Shown: piece by piece, positions 55,229 through 64,000 of the stretch
Position numbering within the stretch: the stretch's first letter is position 1
Layout of the letters: each line of letters starts with the position of its first letter
Assembly (NCBI RefSeq): GCF_011745625.1
Contig: NW_027191503.1
Location: forward strand, 1 to 64,000
Direction of reading: 5' to 3'
DNA: 64,000 bases
Source: Cladosporium halotolerans
Lineage: Eukaryota
Program-made: the position numbers and the translations under genes
Notes under the pieces: generated by a model
The model's input: the letters and a program-made list of their open reading frames with translations, nothing else
Databases searched by the model: none
What the model was told of the DNA's origin: nothing

Positions 55229-57856
55229 ATGCCAGAGATGCCTCCGGCAGGCGCATCGCATCCGACCGGCGACAATGCGCTCCCACCTTCACACGCAAAG
55301 CTTAGCCCTGAAGAACGCTCCGAGCTTGAAAAACTAGATACCGCGGTCGGGCGCATGAAATCGTATACACGACCGGACCCCTACTTGGTTTCCGTTTCGC
55401 AGGACAGACAAAGCCAGTATCAATACCAGTACAGGTCTCAGCAATGGCAGTGGCTCCACAACGCGCCCTTCACGCCGGAGGAAGGAGAGGGTATACAGTA
55501 CCAAACATTCACGTACGAGGAGCCTGGAACAAACTTACTGTCGCGCCACGCGCATCATTACCCGGAAGAACGACCAAGGACTGCGGACAGCACGCGCAAT
55601 GGCACGGGCTCGAATACTCCAGCCCAAGGTCCAAAGAAGGTCATATCGTTCGGTGCGTACAAGAAGCAGAAGACAGGCGAAACGCCAACAAGGGAGAACG
55701 CGGGGAGTCAAGACGCAGACAAAGCAGGCAAGCAACCTGCAGTCAAGGGTCCAGCAGAAAGAATCAAGGCAATGGAGGCTGAAAGCGCGGATATGATCAA
55801 AGCTGTTGAGGAAGATGAGAAAGTCGAATCGATTCGCAAATCACAAAGTGAAAAGTTGTCAGTCGGAAAGGAGCAGCCCTCGTCAAAGCAGGCCGAGTTG
55901 AAGCGCAAGAGAGAAGAAGCTCCCGCAGTCAAGGACAAAGGACCCGAAGTCAACGGCCACCTCTCTTCTTCACCCTCAAAGAGGACTAGGACCGAGCCAT
56001 CTCATTCTTTGGACAAGGAGGCGAAGAGACCTCGTTCGCCATTGCGTATGCCCGTGAAGAAGCAATCCCCTCCAAATGCTGAGGAAAAGGAAGCTTATAT
56101 GCCACCGAAATTGTCGCCACTTCACGACCAGAGTCAAAGCGCGGATACCTTTCAGCTTCCGCCACGCTTGTCTCCAGACTTACCCGACGACTTCCACCTA
56201 CCACCCCGCATATCGCCAGATCTTCCAGCAAACATCAGAGCTACACTCGATCGGGACAGGCGCAAGGTCGGGCGCAAGGAAGAGCACATTTCAATCCCAA
56301 GCAAGGAAGATGGACACGTACAGAGAAAGGAAGATGAACCATCAGACGGAGGGAAGAACCATCCCCCGCGCAGCAACCCTCCACCTAGGCCGAGGTCTCC
56401 CAAACCGACTGGCGATCAAGTAGCGTCAAATGCGACGGACGACTCGAGAGCGACGCAAGTCCGGATCGAAGAGCGTCGCCCACGCGAAGGCGTAGAGAGG
56501 GCGTCCTTAGTGGCAAAGATCAAGTTCAAGAAGGCAAGGAAAGAAGACGTACAGCGAATCCTTAAGCTACCGGCAAATCCCAACAAATCTTTAGCATCGC
56601 CACCATCTGCGCCGTCGTCACCTGAAAGAATTGATGCGGTCAATCCCGACGACAGAAAAGGTTCCAAGGTGGTTGAAAAACCAGATTCAACGAGACGATC
56701 CGGTAAGGGAGTGGCTCAAAAGATTGGGCCAGCCTCGAAGAAGCCGCAGTCGATGCAAAACGATCCTGATATTATGTCAACGGCAGAAGCAAATGCAGAT
56801 TCCTCGAAAGCTCCAGACGCAGTCTCAAAGAAGAGGAGAGCAGACGATTTCGCGCAGGAATCGCCGCCCAAGAAAAGGCAGGCCAGTAGTGCTGGCTCGG
56901 AACATGCAGCGAAGAAGAAGACAGCCAGTTCTCTGGACAGTAAGAGACTTCCAAGTACTCCTTCGGGACGCGAGATCGCTTCCCAAGCCCTGTCTTCTGG
57001 TAAGAAGGGCCAACTAGTCAGTCCTGTTGCCAGCAGAGACCGCACGCATACAAGACGCGACACTTCCGCCGACATCCAAAGCGAAACTCCCTCCGCGCAG
57101 CCACACAACACTACAGACCATCTTCCAACATCACAGGCAAACGGCACGATCTCCGCGGCGCCCACCAATCGCGCGTCTAGCGGCAAGACCGCCACGCCAC
57201 AGGAATGGGAAGCAGAACAAAAACGCCTCGAGAAGATCGGTCGCGAAATTAAGCATGCCGCCACCGCCCTCCTCAACGACAATCCCAACACGGCAGCCCG
57301 CGAGGCCGCCGCCGCAAAGTTCGTCGAGTCTCTCATCTGCTACCTCGTGGCTTTCACCTGCTCCGACCGCGCCGCTGAGGCCGCCGGCAACAAACCCGCC
57401 CTGACCCCCTGGCGCACCCTGACGCCATTCTACCAGTTCGTCGCTCGCACCACGGCTTCCGTCCCTGTCCTGTCCGGCCTCGCGTCGAGCCTCGCCGTCG
57501 CTTTCCACGCCCACATCCTCTATATCGTCAGCCAGATGACCGATGGAGGACCTAGCCGCGACTCACTGCTGAACTTCCACGCCGGCATGCTCAGAGCTGC
57601 AAAGAACGCAGACGAGAATCTGGACTTCGACGTTCTCACCGAAAGCTTCCCGCAAAGCTGGAGGAGCCGCGCGAAGACTTCTTCTGCTGCGTGCGTCGAC
57701 GAGCCTAGTGAGCCGAATAAGCTGCTTAATGGCGGGTATAGACTGCCTTTCGGCATGCAGACGAATCCACTGCTGGCTGCAAGGGCGGCGTGGGCGGTGC
57801 TCAGGGAGTGGGTTGCGAACGAGGGTTTGGAGTATGAGTTTAAGATTGGGACGTGA
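55229..57856 (+). CDS. Low-complexity nuclear protein with a C-terminal helical domain resembling Ebp1/AF4 CHD
   Basis: 875-aa ORF with K/P/S-rich disordered body and LSP repeats. C-terminal IGREIKHAA...AAKFVESLICYLVAF recalls the AF4 C-terminal homology domain. Confidence 0.6.
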   Translation: MPEMPPAGASHPTGDNALPPSHAKLSPEERSELEKLDTAVGRMKSYTRPDPYLVSVSQDRQSQYQYQYRSQQWQWLHNAPFTPEEGEGIQYQTFTYEEPGTNLLSRHAHHYPEERPRTADSTRNGTGSNTPAQGPKKVISFGAYKKQKTGETPTRENAGSQDADKAGKQPAVKGPAERIKAMEAESADMIKAVEEDEKVESIRKSQSEKLSVGKEQPSSKQAELKRKREEAPAVKDKGPEVNGHLSSSPSKRTRTEPSHSLDKEAKRPRSPLRMPVKKQSPPNAEEKEAYMPPKLSPLHDQSQSADTFQLPPRLSPDLPDDFHLPPRISPDLPANIRATLDRDRRKVGRKEEHISIPSKEDGHVQRKEDEPSDGGKNHPPRSNPPPRPRSPKPTGDQVASNATDDSRATQVRIEERRPREGVERASLVAKIKFKKARKEDVQRILKLPANPNKSLASPPSAPSSPERIDAVNPDDRKGSKVVEKPDSTRRSGKGVAQKIGPASKKPQSMQNDPDIMSTAEANADSSKAPDAVSKKRRADDFAQESPPKKRQASSAGSEHAAKKKTASSLDSKRLPSTPSGREIASQALSSGKKGQLVSPVASRDRTHTRRDTSADIQSETPSAQPHNTTDHLPTSQANGTISAAPTNRASSGKTATPQEWEAEQKRLEKIGREIKHAATALLNDNPNTAAREAAAAKFVESLICYLVAFTCSDRAAEAAGNKPALTPWRTLTPFYQFVARTTASVPVLSGLASSLAVAFHAHILYIVSQMTDGGPSRDSLLNFHAGMLRAAKNADENLDFDVLTESFPQSWRSRAKTSSAACVDEPSEPNKLLNGGYRLPFGMQTNPLLAARAAWAVLREWVANEGLEYEFKIGT

Positions 57857-58287
57857 GAGCCGCGATGACGGAGTTGCTTTTGCGTAGGGAGGCTTTTACT
57901 GTTTGTGGCATTTCCTTTCTCTTTCTCTGTTTGCTGTGTTTATCGGAGGGCGTACACGGCTAATGATACCCACAAGTGCTGCGGTTTTTGTTGTTACGAT
58001 TTGCGCAGATGGCTTTCCGGAATTTTGCACGGAGGGAGTTTATACACGGCATGTGATGATTGCGTGGGATCTGGCATAGAGAGCTGGCGGTTTCCGCGGC
58101 TTGTACCTGAAACTCAATAGCTAGCTTTGATGATGGTCGGCAGATGCGATGTGCAGTAGCTTGGTTCTGAAGAATTAGAGCACCGAAGAAGACTCGTCAC
58201 CTAGCTTTTCAATTTGCTCGCAACAGCAGCGCGCACTGCCAACAAATCAACAGTCACACCCGCCCCTGCCGCACCTACAGTTGCTTC

Positions 58288-59692
58288 TCATGCATCATCA
58301 CTATCCTCGCCTCGATCGTCCCAACACCACCTCCCAATCCGCTCCCCAATACACGCTTGCAAAAACTCCACCCCACGCTCGTCCTCCCGCCACGCAAGCT
58401 GCGTTGGCCGCTTGACCACCTCCTTCGGCAGAGGGAGCGTCCTCACTTCCCTCCCCGTCCGCAGACTAAGCACGCGTATCTCGTCTCGCGCGCCGTTTTT
58501 CGCGCTGACAGCGACGAGATCCCGCTTGCTGACATCGAAGACCAGCTGCGGCCCCTCGTGCGTGAGCGGGAAGTGTAACAGTGGTTTCGAGGACTTCGAG
58601 GTCGAGCTGCGCGTGTCGTGTAGCGACAAGCCGTAGTTCGTCGACACGAGCAGTTGCGTCCCACTGCTCGAGGGCACGGTCTGCACGCCCGTGATGGTGT
58701 GGGGGCTGCTGAAGCGAGGCGTGGAGCCCTGCGCGCACGTGTCCCAGAGCAGGACGGTTTTGGAGGCGCCGGCGGCGATGGTGGTGGGGTTTAGCCACGA
58801 GAGCGAGCGGGAGTCGGCGGAGCGCTTGAGGGTTGAGAGAACGTCGCCGGACAAGGAAATGTGACGGACAGCGTCGGAAGCGGAGATAGCGGCTGTGCTG
58901 CCTGTGGGAGCGATGGCGCTGTCCCAGAGGGTGGTTTCTTCCGTGCCGAGGGAGAGGAAGACGGGGGGTTGCGGGACGAGGTCGTCGTGCCGGAGCGAGC
59001 TGATGTACGCGTTTTGGAGGCCGCTGCCGGCGCAGACAAGGATTTTTTGGGGGTCGTTGGCGGGCCATACGGAGGTTGACATCACTCGATCTGAAAATGC
59101 CGCTATGAGGGATGTTGGATCGACCGCCGGTTGGGGTTGTTTTGGGGCGGGACGTCGCGTACGCGAGCTGTGGCTTATGTCGCCAGGACAGGTGAAGACA
59201 CACGTGGCATCTCCCGAGATCGATGCGTTCGTCACAATCTGCGTCAAAAGTGTCTGTTTTGAGGATGGAATCGCGTGGGCTGACAGCACGGTGCTTTGAG
59301 CAGAATGGAGATGCTCATACCGAAGCTGCGAGATAAAAGCTTCGTCTGCGTGAATTAAATCACTGGCATGCGACCTCACACCCACCTCGCGATGGAGCCC
59401 GAGGCCAGCATACTGCGGAAGAGCAAGAAGCCTCGATCGTTTGATCGTCTGGGCCTGTCGTTTCTTGTCGGCTCGCTGTTCGACCTTGCGTTTCTTCGCC
59501 GCCTGTCGTTCGTGGCGGACGTTTGATTTGGTGTATTTAGCTCCAGTGAACTGAGCAGAGTGGTTTGCAGTGATCTTGAAGTACTTTCTCTTCTCTTCGT
59601 CTAGGATGCGTTGGTTAGATCGAACCATTCACAATCTCACTGCAGGAGTCCTTCTTACCGAAATAATAGCCTGGGATGTTTCCCAAATTCAT
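58288..59692 (-). CDS. WD40 protein, DCAF4/WDR21-like (intron about 59601-59658)
   Basis: Spliced N-terminus MNLGNIPGYYF|DEEKRKYFKI matches the DCAF4 PGFYFDPEKKRYF-type motif. WD-like repeats (LLWDT, LHDTR). Confidence 0.75.
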
Positions 59693-60052
59693 CCTGCCGC
59701 TATAGGAAGTCTGTAGCAGAGCGCAATGCAGCCTACACGCATGGTCGAGTTTTGCTTGCGTCGTGATTGTTGCAAGAGCCTTGAGCAACTGCAGCCATAC
59801 CCGTTCTGAAGACTTGGAGAAGTCTTGAGATGCAGGCTGCCACGCTAGCAGCACCCGGCACGCCGGAGCCACATCCTTGCTGCAGGGAAAGCTTGGCTCT
59901 GTCCCCGCGAAGCGAAGCGTGATGTCAGCCTCGGTCAGAAAGTGGCGGTCCTGCATCATCAGAGCGTCCGAATACCCCGATACATAACAAACATCATTTT
60001 CTACCAGCGACAACTCCCGTTTCCTTGTTATTGTAAAAGTACCGAAATCTTC

Positions 60053-61993
60053 ATGATACCCACTTTGCGAGGCAGACCGCAAGCGTTTCGCAACCGAGTC
60101 GCCCAAATGGCGAGCCATCTCAGTACAAGCACCAATGGTGCTTCTAATGCATCATCAAAACGATTCAATATCCGAGACTTGCCGAAGAGCAATAACTTCA
60201 CACAGAAACTCCCACCGGACGAGCAGTACCGAACTCCTACAGCATCACACAACGAAGAAAGGAAGAAGCTTGGCCCGCGGCTGGTCAAAAACGCAGCATA
60301 CACATTTGTCCGTCCGGACCCGTTCGAGGAGACGGAATTGGTGGGTGTTTCGCAGACGGCGCTGAAAGATCTGGGTATAGACCCAGAATCGACGAAGGAG
60401 AAAGATTTCAAGGATGCGGTGTCGGGCAATAAGATCATCACGTTCGATGGCGAGCCAAAGGACAGCGACATCTACCCTTGGGCCCAGTGCTACGGCGGTT
60501 ATCAGTTCGGGTCGTGGGCGGGACAGCTGGGCGATGGCCGCGCAATCTCTCTTTTCGAAACAACGAACCCAAACTCCGGCGAACGGTACGAGCTGCAGCT
60601 GAAGGGCGCAGGCAAGACTCCTTACTCGCGCTTCGCCGACGGGCGAGCAGTCGTGCGAAGCAGCATAAGGGAATTCGTCGTCAGTGAGGCCTTGAACGCC
60701 CTCAGAATCCCAACCACTCGAGCCCTCAGCCTAGTCCTCGCGCCCGAGGCGCGAGTCCGTCGCGAGCGCATGGAACCCGGCGCTATTGTTGCGCGGTTCG
60801 CGCAAACCTGGCTTCGCCTCGGCACCTTCGACCTCGCACGCTCCCGCGGCGATAGAGTACTCATTCGGCAGCTCGCAGACTACACGGCCGAAGACGTCTT
60901 CGGGGGCTGGTCCAACCTGCCCTCCAAGCTGGCTTCCACGGAAGGGAAAGACTTACTGGAACCTTCTCGCGGCGCCTCCAAAGAAGACCTTGAAGGCGAG
61001 GGCGAAACGCAAGAAAACCGCTACACCCGCCTCTACCGCGAGATCGCGCGGCGCAACGCCAAAATGGTAGCACACTGGCAGGCTTACGCTTTCACCAATG
61101 GCGTCCTAAACACGGACAACACATCGGTCTACGGGCTTTCGATCGACTTCGGCCCCTTTGCCTTCCTCGACAATTTCGACCCCAACTACACCCCAAACCA
61201 CGACGACCACATGCTGCGCTACTCCTACAAGAACCAGCCCAGCATCATCTGGTGGAATCTGGTGCGGCTCGGCGAGGCGCTGGGCGAGCTGATCGGTTCT
61301 GGCGCGCGGTGCGACGAAACAGAGTTCGTCGAGCAGGGCGTTCGCGAGAACTGGTCAGACGAGCTGATCAAGCGCGCTGAGACGCTGATCGGTCAGACGG
61401 GCGACGAGTATCGCTTGATTTTCATGGCGGAGTACAAGCGGCTGATGACGGCGCGGCTGGGCTTGAAGAGCTTCAAGGAGTCGGATTTCGGCGAGCTCTA
61501 CTCGGAGTTGCTCGACTCGCTCGAGGCGCTCGAGTTGGATTTCAACCACGCTTTCCGACGGCTGAGCTATATCAAGACGGAGGAGATCGACTCGGACGAG
61601 AAGCGCAAAGACATCGCAGGCCGCTTCTTCCACACCGAAGGCCTCACCAGCCTCGCGGGCAGCGAAGCCGATGCGCGCGAAAGGCTCGCTGCTTGGCTGG
61701 AGAAGTACCGCTCGCGGGTTGTGGAAGATTGGGGAGAGGCGTCTGAGGCGTCTGAGGAGCGGTTGCGTGCGATGAGGGCTGTGAACCCGAAATTTGTGCC
61801 GAGGTCCTGGATTCTGGACGAGGTCATTGAGCGGGTTGAGAAGAAGGGTGAGAGGGAGATTCTTGACCGTGTCATGAACATGGCGCTGAACCCGTTCGAA
61901 GAGGAGTGGGGAGGCGATCGCGAAGAGGAGGAGAGGTTCTGTGGTGATGTGCCGAGGTATCAGCGGGCGATGCAGTGTTCTTGTAGTTCGTGA
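60053..61993 (+). CDS. FMP40: SelO-family protein adenylyltransferase (Cys-containing, mitochondrial Fmp40-like)
   Basis: YGGYQFGSWAGQLGDGRA, QLKGAGKTPYSRFADGRAVVRSSIRE, GVLNTDN, DFGPF, VNPKFVPR, C-terminal CSCSS*. Confidence 0.94.
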   Translation: MIPTLRGRPQAFRNRVAQMASHLSTSTNGASNASSKRFNIRDLPKSNNFTQKLPPDEQYRTPTASHNEERKKLGPRLVKNAAYTFVRPDPFEETELVGVSQTALKDLGIDPESTKEKDFKDAVSGNKIITFDGEPKDSDIYPWAQCYGGYQFGSWAGQLGDGRAISLFETTNPNSGERYELQLKGAGKTPYSRFADGRAVVRSSIREFVVSEALNALRIPTTRALSLVLAPEARVRRERMEPGAIVARFAQTWLRLGTFDLARSRGDRVLIRQLADYTAEDVFGGWSNLPSKLASTEGKDLLEPSRGASKEDLEGEGETQENRYTRLYREIARRNAKMVAHWQAYAFTNGVLNTDNTSVYGLSIDFGPFAFLDNFDPNYTPNHDDHMLRYSYKNQPSIIWWNLVRLGEALGELIGSGARCDETEFVEQGVRENWSDELIKRAETLIGQTGDEYRLIFMAEYKRLMTARLGLKSFKESDFGELYSELLDSLEALELDFNHAFRRLSYIKTEEIDSDEKRKDIAGRFFHTEGLTSLAGSEADARERLAAWLEKYRSRVVEDWGEASEASEERLRAMRAVNPKFVPRSWILDEVIERVEKKGEREILDRVMNMALNPFEEEWGGDREEEERFCGDVPRYQRAMQCSCSS

Positions 61994-62142
61994 GGTAGTG
62001 AGAGGCAAGGAGGAGGAAGTTTATGGCAAACCCAGGTAGAGAGCTCGCATGCACATACATACGTGGCACATGTTTTTTTGATGGCCAGGCTACCTGTGGG
62101 ATAAAAATCAACACACATGAGTAATGCAATGTATTTCCAGAT

Positions 62143-62183
62143 GCATAGGAGCACAGGTCAGTGAAATCTGGGCATCCCAACCG
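62143..62183 (+). pseudogene. Truncated 5S rRNA fragment (nt 1-41 only)
   Basis: GCATAGGAGCACAGGTCAGTGAAATCTGGGCATCCCAACCG versus the 5S gene at 40132: 35/41 identical, ungapped. Similarity then stops. Confidence 0.85.
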
Positions 62184-63065
62184 AAGTCCCCTATTCTCAC
62201 CTTCCTATCTGACGTGATCGCCCCTGATGATTAAATCCTAGCTAAATTCCTCGGGGATTAGGCTGAGTCTGGCTCAGGTGTGACGATCGATGGGAGTTCG
62301 AAAGCAGACTTCGCGATTGCAAACTAAGCCATAAGAAATCGATACAACCAGGCACATGCCTGTTCCCAGCTCTTATTGATCTCCTGTCAATGATGTTCAG
62401 ATCTTCGTTTCTCATGCTTGCTTCTTGGCTTCTGAGCACCCTGTCGCTGGATCTTGATTCATAATTCTGTGCGATGGGACCTGATCTTACAACCTTAGAC
62501 AGGAGTCTAGCGGTCTCTGTAAAAAAGGAATACGCTCATCCGGCCAGGTTCGTACATATCGCCGCGACTAGCCCTCATCCGGTGACACTACGTCTGCGTC
62601 GTATGCTAGTCTGCACTATCAGGTCAAGGACCTCAAAGCAGGTTTCAGATATCGAGCGGCGGTAATCCTGTGACACGCGTGAAAGCCACGTTCCTGGAAC
62701 GCGGAAAGGCGGGCCTACTGTACTCTCCACGCCGCTTTTCCGAATCAATTTCTCCACTCGCCATCGTTGCATTTTAGTGCGCATTCAGGTCATTTGGTTT
62801 GCATATGAGCATGAACGCCAAGATGGAGCATGAGCGAGGCCAATCTAAGTGGAGAAGCCCTCGTTCAACCATCAGCCGAAGAGGAAGCAGATGAAGAGAT
62901 GCTTATTGGCTATTCACCCGCCGTCTTGGGCCACCTAATCTATCTAAGCGCCAGTCAAGTCATGTCACATATCCCACTTTTCCCATAAGCTCTGGTTGCT
63001 CCGTACAACAGCGCCCACTCTATGAGTGTCCCCTTCTTCCGTCTTGCTATTTTTCAAGTGGCATT

Positions 63066-64000
63066 ATGAATAGTGCGCAAATGAGCCATCACTCTTATAA
63101 CAATACGAGCATCAGTGGAGATGCGCGAGCTCACTTGGGAAACGTCTTCAACTTCTCGTCGGCAGATTCTGAAGAACAAGACATGCTCGATTGGTTAACA
63201 ACACTCAACCCTTCTGCTAGCCATGATCATGCTTGCAAGCAATACCAAGAGGGCACGCTCCGCTGGATTTTTGACCATGCTACGTTTCGGAATTGGCGCG
63301 ATCGACCAAACACCTTGTTGCCTCAAGCTCTTTGGTGCAGAGGGGGCATAGGAACTGGAAAGACCACCCTGGTAGCGCGAATCTTGAACCACCTCCAAGA
63401 AAGAGGCAAGCCAAGAGGGACCTTGGCTGTGGTGTACTGTCAATACTCCAAACGAGATATTCTGACTGTTGAGACTGTCATGGGCTCTATTTTAGCTCAG
63501 CTGTACCAGCACAGTGAGGGAGGTTTTGGGATACCCGCACACATCAAGGCAGCATACAAATCCCAACCTCGATTCTGGAGAAGGAGTCCGACTCTAGAGC
63601 AGCTTAAAACCTGGTTTCGTCTGAGGCTGGAAGATGAAAATGCTGTGTTTGTGCTGGTGGATGCAGTTGATGAACTCACTCCCAAGCTTCGAAGAAAACT
63701 GCTTCACTCGATGCAATCGACGTCTCGACTGAAGCTCCTAGTTACGAGTCGAGATGCACCAGAAATGGAAACGGACGTGTTTGAAAAGCAAGAGGTAGAG
63801 ATCCGAGCTCACGAGACTGATCTCCAGATCTTGGTGAAAAGCAAACTCCGCGAGGAGGGCACAGAAGCATTGAGACGGCTTATACTAAGCAAACCTGGAA
63901 ATGATCTGTCTTTCTCGACCGATGAAGAACAGATTGTATCTAAAGTCACTCAATTGGCTCAGGAAATGTGCGCTCAGTACCACCATGGCTTTTCGTAAGT
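63066..64000 (+). CDS. NACHT-domain NLR-like protein, 5' part; continues beyond the window, probably via an intron
   Basis: WL..LNP...H, EGTLRWI, F..W, LWCRGGIGTGKTT (Walker A), VVYC, FVLVDAVDE (Walker B), LLVTSR. N-terminal amyloid-like motif. Confidence 0.9.

Noticed and set aside
61970..62140. Selenocysteine read-through in the SelO homolog
   Set aside because: The position equivalent to Sec is encoded by TGT (CSCSS). The TGA is the normal stop and no SECIS is evident.
1..64000. Transposase, retroelement, Starship captain, CRISPR array or TPP riboswitch
   Set aside because: No recognisable motifs, LTR/TIR pairs, spacer arrays or aptamer consensus were seen by eye.

Overview
Gene-dense, intron-containing eukaryotic DNA from a filamentous ascomycete. 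The short GT-AG introns with CTRAC branch sites, the gene families and the dispersed 5S rRNA fit Pezizomycotina, and a Dothideomycete is my best guess. About 29 protein genes can be supported. Conserved housekeeping genes: PAP1, CENP-X/MHF2, ARL3, GTR2, RPS25, MIR1, PSD1, DRS1, FMP40/SelO, a DCAF4-like WD40 protein and an Ebp1/AF4-like protein. Accessory or metal-related genes: GST, NmrA-like reductase, a secreted isocyanide-hydratase-like DJ-1/PfpI protein next to a Ctr copper transporter and a Zn2Cys6 regulator, a Pra1/Aspf2 zincophore, a ferric reductase and a Mn-type CDF. There is one intact 5S rRNA gene (40132-40250). A second, broken 5' piece of 5S (62143-62183) precedes a NACHT NLR carrying an N-terminal HET-s-like amyloid motif, which may mark the edge of a 5S-targeting giant element (Starship-like). 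All exon boundaries were read by eye and all family calls come from motif recognition, not database searches.
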